The notes: generated by a model from the letters alone, not told the origin. Positions 1 through 10,095 are shown, counted from the first letter of the stretch. The stretch is 64,000 bases of DNA from Candidatus Altimarinota bacterium (GCA_963694385.1 CAVOCY010000002.1:2208-66207); one strand, 5' to 3'. Translations and numbers: made by a program.

Positions 1-10
1 ACCAGAAGTT

Positions 11-2188
11 ATGCAGGAGGTTACAGCAGGAATGGATTCACCAGAAAAACTCAAAGAATTTTATGAATCGGATTTTCAAAAAATGGTGCTACCAACATTC
101 CATGCACTTCTTTTACGTCAGGGAGATGGAAATGAATCATGGGAGTCTGTACGCGATGGTGGTGGAATAGATAGTGGCGTGATGATCGTGCCACCAAACT
201 TTACACGTGTACAAATCTCAGCGGCACTTCGTGAATCTGCAGTTCTCTATACACAGCATTTGCGTGAGACAAGATATTTGTACTATGCAAGAATCTTAGA
301 AGAGCAACAGAATACGGACGGTGTATATGTTGAACCAGGTCTCGAAGATACTGTGGAGCTTATGGGTGATGTAAGAGTTTTTGGAAAAGAACTCTCACGT
401 GTTTCTTTGGGTGAATACAGTAAGAACAAATCTCGAACTCGAGCAGAGTTGGTTATGGAAGCATTGGCAACGCATTTAAATACTACAAAAGGAAGTACAC
501 GTAGAGAAAAGATCGTGGCAGATGCTGGCTTGTATACAGTTCCACAATCTACAGCTGCAGGACTTCCTGGTGATATTGACCTCAGTAGCATGACATCAAT
601 TGCCGGTTTCCTTGATGACCCTGCACTTTCTCAGCAGTTGCAACAGGTGCTGCCTACGACATTGGAGGAAGAAGTGGCAGTAAATGAGACACGATGGAAC
701 GACTGGCAAACACATTTTGATAATCTACTCGTTATGCCTGGTTCTCCGAGTCAAACTGCAGATTCACTCCGTTACGGAGCAGCGTTCTGGGTGGGAGATA
801 AGGTTTCAGGGCTTCTTGGTGAGCCAAAAGTAAGCCCAACGCCTGGTATTTTCGGGGCGTTAACTGGTACACGTAGTGGTGATGGCTTAAGCTTTGAAGG
901 CGCACAAAAATATATTACAACGGGAATGGAACGGTACTTTGAGAGGCCAAATTCTAAAAGAACATTTCGTGCTAACAGTAAAATGGGAGATGAGCTCTAT
1001 GGTTCTGGAAGAGGTCCTGCTGTGTTTACTAGTGGAGTTAGTACGTACGGAAAAACTCTCAGCCTGTGTAGAGAGCTTAAATATCCAACGGGATTATCGA
1101 GTTCAAAGGAATTGAAATTCTCAGATTTGAAAACTGTGTTCTTCGAGGGGGTAAAAGCAAGAGGGGAAGATGAATATATTGTAATGGCAACATATATATT
1201 TGGAGATCCAAAAACAGGAAAGGTGAGTATTGCAAAGCAAGCTATTGGGAGGGCAAATGGTTTCGCAAGTAATGGGGCAATGGGGCGAGCCTCTGCACCG
1301 GGAACCGTAGAGTGGTCTACTACATCTGCCTTTCTTAAAAAACCTGGGGCAGAAGCAATGCTAGGGCAATCCGCAGAGAGTCAAGTAGCAAGAGAAGCTG
1401 CAGAAGTAGAAAGAGAAGCTGCAGCGAAGAAAGCACGAGAAGAGTACGAGCGTAAAGCACCAGAACGAGAAGTTGCAGCAAAGGAGCGTAAGCGACAAGA
1501 GCTAGAGATGGCATCAAAAGAATTTGCAGCTGCCGTTGAAAAAGTAGAAGAAACTTCAGATTCGTATTTTGCAATTGGCGGTACGTCACTGTATTTGATG
1601 TTTGATAGTTCTCGTAAGAACTATGTCATCTTGAGGCCAAGATCATATTCGAGGGGGCCTTCAATAAGTGCTTCTCCTACATATTCATACGGAGATAATC
1701 GTATACGACCAAAGCAGGGAGATGATGATAGTACTATTTCAGAGCATAGCTCTATTGAAGGAGCACTTTACTACTTTCAAAATGGTAATTACAAAGGCAG
1801 GTCGTCATCTGGGTATGCTGAGCATAGTATATGGGGACTAGGATATTTGGATAAAGAAGAAGGTCAACACTATGACTTCCTTATGCCGCGTATTAATAAG
1901 CCGGTGTCTAGAAATTCAGAAGATGTTCATCGTATTATTGATATGGCAGATCAAATAATAAATAATCCACGCTTCTTTGGAAGTAGACGTTGGTATGGCA
2001 CAGAACTCAAAAAATCACTGGGTTGGAAGTATGAAAAACTCAAGACTGATGATCAGAGATCCATGTTCCTTAATAAGCTAATACAGCTACTTCGCCAAAA
2101 TGATCACACTGTAACCTTCAAGACATTAGAAAAAATCAAGACGTGGTTTGCATCTCATCCAAGAACGTTTAGACGTGAGAAATGGTAG
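11..2188 (+). CDS. large hypothetical protein (725 aa in window; frame stays open to the left edge, so possibly 5'-truncated)
   Basis: Long uninterrupted ORF with no stop between position 2 and the first ATG at 11. It has a central charged coiled-coil-like segment (REAAEVEREAAAKKAREEYERKAPEREVAAKERKRQELE). I recognised no Walker or other catalytic motif. Confidence 0.6.
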   Translation: MQEVTAGMDSPEKLKEFYESDFQKMVLPTFHALLLRQGDGNESWESVRDGGGIDSGVMIVPPNFTRVQISAALRESAVLYTQHLRETRYLYYARILEEQQNTDGVYVEPGLEDTVELMGDVRVFGKELSRVSLGEYSKNKSRTRAELVMEALATHLNTTKGSTRREKIVADAGLYTVPQSTAAGLPGDIDLSSMTSIAGFLDDPALSQQLQQVLPTTLEEEVAVNETRWNDWQTHFDNLLVMPGSPSQTADSLRYGAAFWVGDKVSGLLGEPKVSPTPGIFGALTGTRSGDGLSFEGAQKYITTGMERYFERPNSKRTFRANSKMGDELYGSGRGPAVFTSGVSTYGKTLSLCRELKYPTGLSSSKELKFSDLKTVFFEGVKARGEDEYIVMATYIFGDPKTGKVSIAKQAIGRANGFASNGAMGRASAPGTVEWSTTSAFLKKPGAEAMLGQSAESQVAREAAEVEREAAAKKAREEYERKAPEREVAAKERKRQELEMASKEFAAAVEKVEETSDSYFAIGGTSLYLMFDSSRKNYVILRPRSYSRGPSISASPTYSYGDNRIRPKQGDDDSTISEHSSIEGALYYFQNGNYKGRSSSGYAEHSIWGLGYLDKEEGQHYDFLMPRINKPVSRNSEDVHRIIDMADQIINNPRFFGSRRWYGTELKKSLGWKYEKLKTDDQRSMFLNKLIQLLRQNDHTVTFKTLEKIKTWFASHPRTFRREKW

Positions 2189-2197
2189 AATGCATTC

Positions 2198-2980
2198 GTG
2201 CCCTTCTCCTTCTCTCAGCTTAATACATATCGTACTTGCCCCAAGCAGTACGAGTTTGCGAGTATCAAAAAAATTCCACGGCAGATTAGTGCAGGGGAAA
2301 GCTTCGGATCTTCTGTTCATAACACTCTAAGTAAATGGGGAAAGCTAGAAGTAGATAATGAAAGGAAGAAAGAGGATGCAGATCAACTTACGTTATTTAT
2401 GGAGGAGCCAGAGGAGAAGCAACCTCTTACTCTAGAGTTACTTATTGATCTGTGGCATCAGTCTTTTATTGTTCAAGGATACGAAAGTAAAATCGATGGA
2501 GATCGTGCACGAGCAAAAGGAGAAGTGCTGATGCAACTATTTTTTGAATGGTGGAGCACGAAGAAGCGAGAGGTTCTTGCAATAGAAAAAGGATTCTCAA
2601 TAGAAGTTGATATCAATACTATTAAAGGAAGGTTCGATCGAGTGGAGCAATCAGACAATGGTGTTTTAGTGATCGATTACAAGACTGGAAGCTTGCGTAC
2701 ACAGGAAGAAGTCGACAACGATCTACAACTTTCAATCTATGCATTGGCATGTACAGAGGTATTTGAAAAACCTTGTACAGAGCTTCTTCTAATGTTCCTT
2801 CATGAAGATGGTATTACAGAAGTTAAAACTACTCGGTCGAATGAGCAGCTGCAGAAGGCCAAAGAAGAGATTGGCAAATTGTCAGAGGGAATAGATGATG
2901 AGCTGTTTGAACCTTTGCCAAGTGAATCTGCATGTAATCGGTGTCCTTATCGTGGTATTTGTGAAAGTTCGGTTGTATGA
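2198..2980 (+). CDS. PD-(D/E)XK nuclease, Cas4/AddB-like, with 4-Cys Fe-S signature
   Basis: GTG start 10 nt after the upstream stop. N-terminus is FSFSQLNTYRTCPKQYEF. Nuclease motifs are GRFDRV, VIDYKTG (D-x-K) and QLSIYALA (QxxxY). One N-terminal Cys plus a C-terminal CNRCPYRGIC gives C-x2-C-x5-C. Confidence 0.8.
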   Translation: MPFSFSQLNTYRTCPKQYEFASIKKIPRQISAGESFGSSVHNTLSKWGKLEVDNERKKEDADQLTLFMEEPEEKQPLTLELLIDLWHQSFIVQGYESKIDGDRARAKGEVLMQLFFEWWSTKKREVLAIEKGFSIEVDINTIKGRFDRVEQSDNGVLVIDYKTGSLRTQEEVDNDLQLSIYALACTEVFEKPCTELLLMFLHEDGITEVKTTRSNEQLQKAKEEIGKLSEGIDDELFEPLPSESACNRCPYRGICESSVV

Positions 2981-2987
2981 TGCGGCC

Positions 2988-3401
2988 ATGAATTTTCTTC
3001 AAGAGTTCTTAGGTCAGTATCCATTTGCTGTTTGTGTAATTATTATGATTGCTGCTGAGATCACAAAGCATCTTTTTGAAGGACTCACCAAGAACATCTG
3101 GTTTCAGCATGGAGGAATGCCAAGCAGCCATAGTGCGTTTGTTACTTCTTTAATGATGGTAGTCGGTACCTACGATGGTATCGCTTCTACTACGTTTGCT
3201 ATCGCTACAGTGTTTGCTGGTATTGTTTGGTATGACGCTGCGTTTGTACGTAAGCAAGTAGGTCAACAGGCGAAGGCTCTTAATATTTTGCAGCAACTTG
3301 AAGATTTCTCGGAACGTGTAGGACATTCGACAGCAGAAGTAGCAGGAGGAATCTTATTCGGATTGTTTCTCACGCACTTCTTACTAGCGTGGATCGCCTA
3401 A
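2988..3401 (+). CDS. divergent PAP2-family membrane protein (DUF212, acid phosphatase/vanadium-haloperoxidase-related)
   Basis: GGMPSSHSAFVTSL signature, hydrophobic helices, and an in-frame ATG at 2988 just after the upstream stop. Confidence 0.75.
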   Translation: MNFLQEFLGQYPFAVCVIIMIAAEITKHLFEGLTKNIWFQHGGMPSSHSAFVTSLMMVVGTYDGIASTTFAIATVFAGIVWYDAAFVRKQVGQQAKALNILQQLEDFSERVGHSTAEVAGGILFGLFLTHFLLAWIA

Positions 3402-3421
3402 AGCGGTACACTGACTGCGCT

Positions 3422-4672
3422 ATGTATCTCTCACAACTATTTACCAAGACTTCCAAGGACACGCACGCAGATGCGAGTTCTATTAACGCAGACCTACTTA
3501 CACGGGCTGGGTTTATTCATAAGACGATGGCAGGAGTGTATAGCTATCTTCCTCTTGGGCTTGTAGTACTCCGAAAGATAGAAGGCATTGTTCGCGACGA
3601 GATGAACGCTATTGGAGGACAGGAAATACTTATGTCTGGTCTTTCTCCTAAAGAGAGCTGGGTAAAATCTGGAAGATGGGAAGGATTCGATGCTCTCTTT
3701 AAGGTTCCTGCAGCAGGGGATACAGAGTACGGGCTTAACCCAACGCATGAAGAAATTATTACTCCACTCGTTAGGAACTTTGTGCAGTCCTATAAAGACT
3801 TGCCGTTTGGGGCCTATCAGATTCAGACAAAGTTTCGTAACGAACCTCGGGCTAAGTCTGGAGTGCTTCGCGGTCGTGAGTTCTTGATGAAAGATCTTTA
3901 TAGTTTTCATGCAGACCAAGAAGACCTCGATGACTATTACGAAGTAGTGCACGGAGCATACGATAAGATCTTCGAACGCCTAGGACTAAGCGATAAAACA
4001 TACTACACGTATGCATCTGGGGGTTCGTTCTCTAAGTTCTCTCACGAGTTTCAGGTAGTACTTCCTCAGGGAGAGGATGAAATCTATGTGAGTATCGAGG
4101 CAGAGAAAAAAGGGAAGCGTATCGCTATTAATAAAGAGATCTACGAAGCGGGTGCCACTGAGTGCCCAGAGACAGGTGCTAAAGATTTTAGAGAAGAGCG
4201 TGCATCAGAAGCAGCCAACATCTTTAAGTTGGGTACCAAGTTCTCCGAAGCCTTTGATTTGCAATACACTGATGCAGAAGGAAAACAGTATCCTATCCCT
4301 ATGGGATGTTATGGAATCGGAGTATCACGATTGATGGGAATTGCAGTAGAGGCATTCGCGGATGACAATGGTATGCGTTGGCCAGAAAACTTAGCTCCAG
4401 CTGCAGTACATATTGTTCCTATTGCAAAGTCCGAAGAGGATGATGCATATGTGCAGGCAGTTGCCTTATATAAGAAGCTAATTGCCGCAGGTACATCAGC
4501 AATTATTGATGATCGCCTTGGCTCATCAGTAGGTGCAAAACTCGCAGATGCAGATCTTATAGGATGTCCTACGCGAGTAGTAATCTCTCCAAAAACTCTT
4601 GATGCAGAAGGCGCAGAGGTAAAAGACCGTATGACAGGAGAAGTATCGATGCAGGCGATTAGTTCAATCTAG
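3422..4672 (+). CDS. proS: proline--tRNA ligase, short form without the INS editing insertion
   Basis: LLTRAGFIHKTMAGVYSYLPLGLVVLRKIE; class II motif 2 FRNEPRAKSGVLRGREFLMKDLYSFH; motif 3 region GCYGIGVSRLMG. About 416 aa counted from the ATG at 3422. Confidence 0.9.
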   Translation: MYLSQLFTKTSKDTHADASSINADLLTRAGFIHKTMAGVYSYLPLGLVVLRKIEGIVRDEMNAIGGQEILMSGLSPKESWVKSGRWEGFDALFKVPAAGDTEYGLNPTHEEIITPLVRNFVQSYKDLPFGAYQIQTKFRNEPRAKSGVLRGREFLMKDLYSFHADQEDLDDYYEVVHGAYDKIFERLGLSDKTYYTYASGGSFSKFSHEFQVVLPQGEDEIYVSIEAEKKGKRIAINKEIYEAGATECPETGAKDFREERASEAANIFKLGTKFSEAFDLQYTDAEGKQYPIPMGCYGIGVSRLMGIAVEAFADDNGMRWPENLAPAAVHIVPIAKSEEDDAYVQAVALYKKLIAAGTSAIIDDRLGSSVGAKLADADLIGCPTRVVISPKTLDAEGAEVKDRMTGEVSMQAISSI

Positions 4673-4729
4673 CAATCTTTTGAGATTGTTGTTGTGAAGT
4701 AGTACATTGCTAATTACACTCATTTGCCT

Positions 4730-5422
4730 ATGTCTGTAAAAACTGGAATGACAGGCGAGCAAGGTTCTTTCTATGATTTTCGCGCTAAAGCAGAAAATGG
4801 AATGAAGCCTATTTCAAAGCGGTTACCACATCCTAATGTTATTACCGGTCGATGGCGAACATCAGCTGCTGCAGTTGGACTTGTTTCATACGCTATATCA
4901 CCAATTACAGGTTCTGTAGCATATGGAGTTAATGGAATTTTGGATTGGTTTGATGGTATGTCTGCACGTGAAAATAATCAGCGAACGCGTGAAGGTGAGC
5001 GATTGGATCCTATGGTTGATAAGCTTATCAATTCAGCATATTTGTTATATCTCGCATGCATGAACCTAGAGAATGTCGCCTTTGATATTGCTGCTGGTCT
5101 TAACATTGCTGTTGATGTTAATTCTCAAAAATCGAGAGGGCCGTTATTAGAACAACTAAAAGAGGGGGTAGAAGCAACAGTACATCCACATGATTGTGAA
5201 GTTATTCCTGCTGAAGAAAACGTGAATGCTGTTAAGGCTAACTTTATGGGAAAGTTGAAGTTCTTTATTCAAAATGCAGCGATACTTGGAATGATGTTAG
5301 GAGGGGACAATGAGATAGTTTCTGATATTTCATCTCTTTCTTTATATGGCTCTGCCGCTCTTGGGATGATAGGGACATTGCAGCGCAATAAGCTCAAAAA
5401 GACATTGTCTGAATCTGAATAA
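4730..5422 (+). CDS. CDP-alcohol phosphatidyltransferase family protein
   Basis: The D-G-x2-A-R-x8-G-x3-D-x3-D motif is present as DWFDGMSARENNQRTREGERLDPMVDK. An alternative TTG start lies at 4724. Confidence 0.75.
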   Translation: MSVKTGMTGEQGSFYDFRAKAENGMKPISKRLPHPNVITGRWRTSAAAVGLVSYAISPITGSVAYGVNGILDWFDGMSARENNQRTREGERLDPMVDKLINSAYLLYLACMNLENVAFDIAAGLNIAVDVNSQKSRGPLLEQLKEGVEATVHPHDCEVIPAEENVNAVKANFMGKLKFFIQNAAILGMMLGGDNEIVSDISSLSLYGSAALGMIGTLQRNKLKKTLSESE

Positions 5423-5450
5423 TGACTTTGAGGAATGAGTGCGATATAAT
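5422..5450 (+). promoter_or_regulatory. candidate sigma70-type promoter (ATGACT-N17-TATAAT), leaderless geometry
   Basis: A perfect TATAAT at 5445-5450 ends 6 nt before the ATG at 5457. The -35-like ATGACT is at 5422-5427. Confidence 0.4.
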
Positions 5451-5456
5451 TGAATC

Positions 5457-5879
5457 ATGAAAAAACTCTCTCTACTCCTCGGAACGCTTGGTGGCGCTAC
5501 AGCTGGATACTTATTTAGTAACAAGAAGCTCCGTGATCAGCTCTCTGGAGCGAAAGACGCCGAAGAAGCGGCTCGTATTCTTGGAGTTGCTTTGCAAAAA
5601 GACGGAAAGAAGCTCGGGAAACAGATACAGGAGTTTATCGATAGTGAAGATGTTCAAAAGAACTTTTCAAAGGCAAAGAAGTACGCCAAAGACTCTATGG
5701 ATGAGGCACAGTCACAATTAGAGGATGCAATTGGCTCTGGATCTACAAAAGCTAAAAAGGCAGTGAAGAAAGGAAAAACTACTGCTAAACGCACTGTTAA
5801 AAAAACTACAACGAAAGCTAAGAAAACAGCAAATAAGGCTGTCCGTCGCATGAAGACGAAGGTGAGGAAGTTAAACTAG
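5457..5879 (+). CDS. YtxH-like small protein with N-terminal hydrophobic segment and Lys-rich C-terminal tail
   Basis: MKKLSLLLGTLGGATAGYLFSNKKLRDQL N-terminus. The tail is KAKKAVKKGKTTAKRTVKKTTTKAKKTANK. Confidence 0.6.
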   Translation: MKKLSLLLGTLGGATAGYLFSNKKLRDQLSGAKDAEEAARILGVALQKDGKKLGKQIQEFIDSEDVQKNFSKAKKYAKDSMDEAQSQLEDAIGSGSTKAKKAVKKGKTTAKRTVKKTTTKAKKTANKAVRRMKTKVRKLN

Positions 5880-5904
5880 TACATAGAGGAAAACAAGGAT
5901 CCTT

Positions 5905-5931
5905 GATTTCTTCGATTTCTTCGATTTCCTT
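5905..5931. repeat. tandem 9-mer GATTTCTTC x3 (third copy GATTTCCTT)
   Basis: Read directly from the sequence. It lies adjacent to the 12-bp palindrome CAAGGATCCTTG at 5894-5905. Confidence 0.9.
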
Positions 5932-6054
5932 GGTGTTTATGGTCCCCCCTCCAATGGATCTTGTCTTTCTAAGCTTTTATGTTGTTGCTCCCTTGCATAT
6001 CTACTCGTATCATCGTAGATTACGTCTCCTACTTATTTTTTTCAGCTAGTTATT

Positions 6055-6567
6055 ATGATCACGCGTTCACTTCTATCTGTTACTGCGGCACTTGCGATCT
6101 TTGCCGGCAGTATCTCTCCTGCACTTGCGTACCGTCGTGGTACACCACCAGTTCCAACTACTGTTCTTCGCCAGCGCTCAGAGCTTCGCGAATTGTATGC
6201 TGATGCCTACTCTTCCATTCTAGAACTTTCTAACATGTACCGTAGCGCAGCTGTTAGCGACACTACTGGTCGTAGCATGCTTGCACGTTCACAAGTTCGT
6301 GCTGCACAGCGCAACTACCGTCGTCACGTACTTGGTTACCTTCGTGGAGTAGACTACCGTATTCTCAACGTTTCTGGTGATGTACGTCGTAGTGGTGGTG
6401 GTATTGCTACCAATAATTCAAATCTTCCATTCAGTCTTGTACAGACAGGTGGAAACAGCGCTAATCATGGTGCTTGGGGATGGGATCGCCCAACACGTCG
6501 TGATATTCGCAGCAATGCTTATTACGGTTGCCTCAGCAGAAATAATAAAGATATAACACAGTGCTAA
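6055..6567 (+). CDS. secreted hypothetical protein (signal peptide, Arg-rich)
   Basis: MITRSLLSVTAALAIFAGSISPALA signal-like N-terminus. An intrinsic terminator follows. Confidence 0.6.
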   Translation: MITRSLLSVTAALAIFAGSISPALAYRRGTPPVPTTVLRQRSELRELYADAYSSILELSNMYRSAAVSDTTGRSMLARSQVRAAQRNYRRHVLGYLRGVDYRILNVSGDVRRSGGGIATNNSNLPFSLVQTGGNSANHGAWGWDRPTRRDIRSNAYYGCLSRNNKDITQC

Positions 6568-6587
6568 TCACTTATATCTAGAAATTA

Positions 6588-6619
6588 AAAGCCATTCTGC
6601 TACAGGGTGGCTTTTTTTT
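6588..6619 (+). terminator. intrinsic terminator
   Basis: Stem GCCATTC/GGGTGGC (7 bp including G-U pairs), loop TGCTACA, followed by T8. Confidence 0.7.
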
Positions 6620-6665
6620 GCCCCTTTCGTCCTATACACTAAGCCAGAATTTTCCCTATAAATCT

Positions 6666-8753
6666 ATGTTTCCTGTTTTCACAGATCCCTTTAGCAATTC
6701 TCTTGTGACAATTCTGTCATCTGGAGCTCTTGCCCTTTTAACAGCAGCAGTATTCCGCATCCTTATTAGTATGCGTAGTCCTGGTACAGACAAAATGCAG
6801 CATATTGCAGATCAGATTCGATCTGGTGCGATGGCATTCTTGCGTCGAGAGTATCGAGTAATTGGTATCTTCGTCATCGTTGTTGGTGCATTACTGTATT
6901 GTCTACTCGATACAGGATTTAATAATGTCCAAGCAGGAAATTGGGGTGTACCTACTACAGCAGGAAGCTTTGTTCTCGGTGCTCTTTGTAGTGTACTTGC
7001 TGGATACATTGGTATGCGTACAGCTACTGCAGCTAATGTTCGAACAACACAAGCTGCTCGCACGAGCCTAGGGCCAGCACTTCGTGTTGCTTTCCTTTCT
7101 GGAGCCACAATGGGACTCTCTGTAGTTGGTCTTGGAATATTAGGACTCGTTGGAGCAATGCTTTACCTCATGCAGATAATGGGGCTTTCACTTGCAGACA
7201 CTCTTCAGGCACTTACAGGATTCTCCTTTGGCGCGTCTTCTGTTGCATTGTTTGCTCGTGTTGGTGGAGGTATCTTCACAAAGGCTGCAGACGTAGGAGC
7301 GGATTTAGTTGGTAAAGTAGAAGCTGGAATCCCAGAGGATGACCCTCGTAACCCTGCAGTTATTGCAGATAACGTAGGAGATAACGTAGGAGATGTTGCG
7401 GGAATGGGTGCTGACCTTTTCGAAAGTTATGTTGGTTCAATACTTGCTGCCATGCTTATTGGTATGACTGTTTCATGGGGTAACACAGAAGTTGCTGTGC
7501 TGTTTCCTCTTTATATTTCTGCACTTGGAATCGTCGCTGCGATCATCGGTACATTCGTTGTTCGCACCAGGAAGGGGAGTTCCAATGTGCACGGAGCATT
7601 AAAGAACGGTCTGTTTCTTGCATCTGCAATCGTAGTTGTAGGAACGTTCTTCCTTGCAAATAACATGTTACCAAGCGATGTGTGGTTTGGAGTGTTTATG
7701 GCGATGGTTAGCGGTCTTGCTGTTGGTCTCGTTATTGGTCTTCTTACGGAGTACTACACATCAGAGCACTACAGTCCTGTAAAGAAGTTAGCAGAAAGCG
7801 CGAAGACTGGTGCTGCTACAACCATCATTTCAGGACTCGCTCTTGGATACGGTTCTACATTCCTACCAGTACTTTGTATTGCAGGTGCTATCGGACTTTC
7901 GTATTCCTACGCAGGTCTTTACGGTATTGCTATCGCTGCTGTTGGAATGCTTTCTACTCTCGGAATTTCTCTCGCTGTTGATGCCTACGGTCCTGTAGCA
8001 GATAACGCAGGAGGTCTTGCCGAGATGGCGTCTCTACCAAAAGCCGTTCGTAACCGTACAGATGCACTCGACTCTGCAGGAAACACGACAGCTGCTATCG
8101 GTAAAGGTTTTGCTATTGGTTCTGCAGCTCTTACAGCTCTTGCTTTGCTCTCTGCATTTTCTGAGCAAGCAAACTTGCAGACGATTAACCTCATGAATCC
8201 AAATACACTTATTGGTCTCTTGATTGGAGGAACACTTCCTTATGTGTTTTCTGCAATGACTATGAACGCTGTTGGTCGTGCTGCATTCTCTATGATTGAG
8301 GAGGTGCGTCGTCAGTTCAAAGAAATCAAAGGATTAATGGAAGGTAAGGCAGAAGGAGACAGTGCACGTTGTGTTGATATCGCAACAACTGCTGCAATTA
8401 AAGAGATGACACTACCAGGAATTATTGCGGTTTCTTCACCGGTTATAGTTGGTCTTCTCCTTGGTTCAGAAGCGCTTGGAGGAATGCTTGCAGGAGCTCT
8501 TGTTTCTGGAGTGCTTCTTGCAATCTCTATGGCGAACTCTGGAGGTGCTTGGGATAACGCAAAGAAATATATCGAAGCTGGTAACCTTGGTGGAAAGGGA
8601 AGCGATACACACAAGGCAGCCGTTGTTGGAGACACTGTTGGTGACCCATTTAAGGACACCTCTGGTCCTTCTATCAACATCCTCGTAAAGTTAATGACAA
8701 TCGTCTCTGTACTGACTGTAAGCTTGTACTCAGCGACAGGATTGATTGGATAA
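6666..8753 (+). CDS. hppA: membrane-bound proton/sodium-translocating pyrophosphatase, K+-dependent-type signature
   Basis: [45 protein letters not shown] and [28 protein letters not shown] carries Ala at the position that distinguishes K+-dependent enzymes. The start is set at the first ATG (6666) of an ORF that opens at 6618. Confidence 0.95.
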   Translation: MFPVFTDPFSNSLVTILSSGALALLTAAVFRILISMRSPGTDKMQHIADQIRSGAMAFLRREYRVIGIFVIVVGALLYCLLDTGFNNVQAGNWGVPTTAGSFVLGALCSVLAGYIGMRTATAANVRTTQAARTSLGPALRVAFLSGATMGLSVVGLGILGLVGAMLYLMQIMGLSLADTLQALTGFSFGASSVALFARVGGGIFTKAADVGADLVGKVEAGIPEDDPRNPAVIADNVGDNVGDVAGMGADLFESYVGSILAAMLIGMTVSWGNTEVAVLFPLYISALGIVAAIIGTFVVRTRKGSSNVHGALKNGLFLASAIVVVGTFFLANNMLPSDVWFGVFMAMVSGLAVGLVIGLLTEYYTSEHYSPVKKLAESAKTGAATTIISGLALGYGSTFLPVLCIAGAIGLSYSYAGLYGIAIAAVGMLSTLGISLAVDAYGPVADNAGGLAEMASLPKAVRNRTDALDSAGNTTAAIGKGFAIGSAALTALALLSAFSEQANLQTINLMNPNTLIGLLIGGTLPYVFSAMTMNAVGRAAFSMIEEVRRQFKEIKGLMEGKAEGDSARCVDIATTAAIKEMTLPGIIAVSSPVIVGLLLGSEALGGMLAGALVSGVLLAISMANSGGAWDNAKKYIEAGNLGGKGSDTHKAAVVGDTVGDPFKDTSGPSINILVKLMTIVSVLTVSLYSATGLIG

Positions 8754-8772
8754 GATGAAATATTTTGATACT

Positions 8773-8796
8773 AAAAGCGTCTGAAAGGGCGCTTTT
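8773..8796. terminator. bidirectional hairpin terminator between the convergent hppA and LOG-family genes
   Basis: Stem AAGCGTC/GGCGCTT, loop TGAAAG, flanked by A4 on the left and T4 on the right. Confidence 0.6.
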
Positions 8797-8797
8797 C

Positions 8798-10045
8798 TTA
8801 CTGTCGATATCCGTTTGTCTGTAAGTCATTTCCATTATTGATTACAGGCTCACGATTTGTAACTTGATCTTTTGTGTATTCACTCATTTCAATGTCGTGT
8901 GCAGCATGATATTGCTCTACTGCATCTATCTCATCTTTGCATTCAGTAATAATACCCCAGTCGTCAGGACTGATGGCATTCCACTTTTCCATTACTTCTA
9001 TTGATGCATGAATTTTGTCGGAGACCTCTTTTCCAACAGCTAAAATTGGCATGTTTGGCATTTTTCCACATTGAATAAGGAGAGCCGCTTCCCATGTTTC
9101 ATCATCAGTTCCAAAGCCACCAGGGAATGCAAATACTGCAGGGTGATTGGGATTATCGATGTGCTCATTTCCATTATGAGAAACACTGCGCCCCATAGCC
9201 GCAGAGACAAGTCCTCCCTTTCGTGGGGCAAAGTTTTTAATAGTAAGACAGAGTTGCAAGTGCTCATTCCATGACGCTTCAAAAGGGAGGTCAATACGAA
9301 CTCCTATGCTATGCATTTGTATTCTTGCTCTAAATATTGCAGCATGCACTTGGCTTTCATCTTCTGTATTTTCCGATGCAAGTGCCAATCGATCATTAAG
9401 GGTATTCATAATATTCCATCTTCCTTGCATTGCTCCATAATTTGCAGCCTCCATTATCCCTGGGCCTGCCCCTGTTATCACTTGTTCGGAGGTGCCATCT
9501 TCTCTGAGAGATCCTGTAACAATAGTTTCGTTAATCCAACGAGCGGAGTCGTATACATCAGAACCAGTAGCAGTACGTGCACTACCAAAGGAGACTATTC
9601 TTCCTCCGTTTTCATCGGGAAGATGATGCATAGCAGCAGTGGTATCTTGCAGTAAGCGAATGAGGTCTGGGGAAGAATATGTATCCGCTACTGTTGACCA
9701 TAATGTTTCTTGTTGATTAATAATATTTTTAATAGCGGCAATATTTTCCAGTGCACTTCTGCATTCCTCAGATTCTTGTCCTATCGCTTTTTCTATTCGT
9801 TCAAAATCAGAGGTATCTGGATAGTAGCCATCAAATCCAAGGCTACGCATTTGTGTAAGTTCTCCTCGAGCTATTGGCGAAAGAGCTTTCCATACTTCTC
9901 GATGACTGTAGATATCATGAAGCTGTATGAGAGATTGGTGCGCCACGATGTTATTTCTCTTTCCAGCATCTGCAAGCCTGTCGATAGTTCTGGTTGAAGC
10001 AGGTGGGGGAGAAGGCCGTAAAAACTGGTTTTTCTTACTATCCAT
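8798..10045 (-). CDS. LOG-family (TIGR00730-type) nucleotide 5'-monophosphate nucleosidase, PpnN-like long form
   Basis: GAGPGIMEAANYGA and PGGFGTDDETWEA (PGGxGTxxE) motifs, with a ~190-aa N-terminal extension like PpnN/YgdH. Confidence 0.8.
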   Translation of the reverse strand: MDSKKNQFLRPSPPPASTRTIDRLADAGKRNNIVAHQSLIQLHDIYSHREVWKALSPIARGELTQMRSLGFDGYYPDTSDFERIEKAIGQESEECRSALENIAAIKNIINQQETLWSTVADTYSSPDLIRLLQDTTAAMHHLPDENGGRIVSFGSARTATGSDVYDSARWINETIVTGSLREDGTSEQVITGAGPGIMEAANYGAMQGRWNIMNTLNDRLALASENTEDESQVHAAIFRARIQMHSIGVRIDLPFEASWNEHLQLCLTIKNFAPRKGGLVSAAMGRSVSHNGNEHIDNPNHPAVFAFPGGFGTDDETWEAALLIQCGKMPNMPILAVGKEVSDKIHASIEVMEKWNAISPDDWGIITECKDEIDAVEQYHAAHDIEMSEYTKDQVTNREPVINNGNDLQTNGYRQ

Positions 10046-10095
10046 CAAACCTATTTATAGATTAATTGACAAATAAGTCAATAATTCTCTCGTGA

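Noticed and set aside
6812-8680. Antisense and alternative-frame ORFs inside hppA (for example 6812..7108 -, 8312..8680 -). Similar nested ORFs occur in pyrG, pnp, valS, rel, pcrA and other genes.
   Set aside because: They are fully contained in strongly supported genes, have low-complexity or Arg/Pro/Ser-rich translations, and are typical shadow ORFs.
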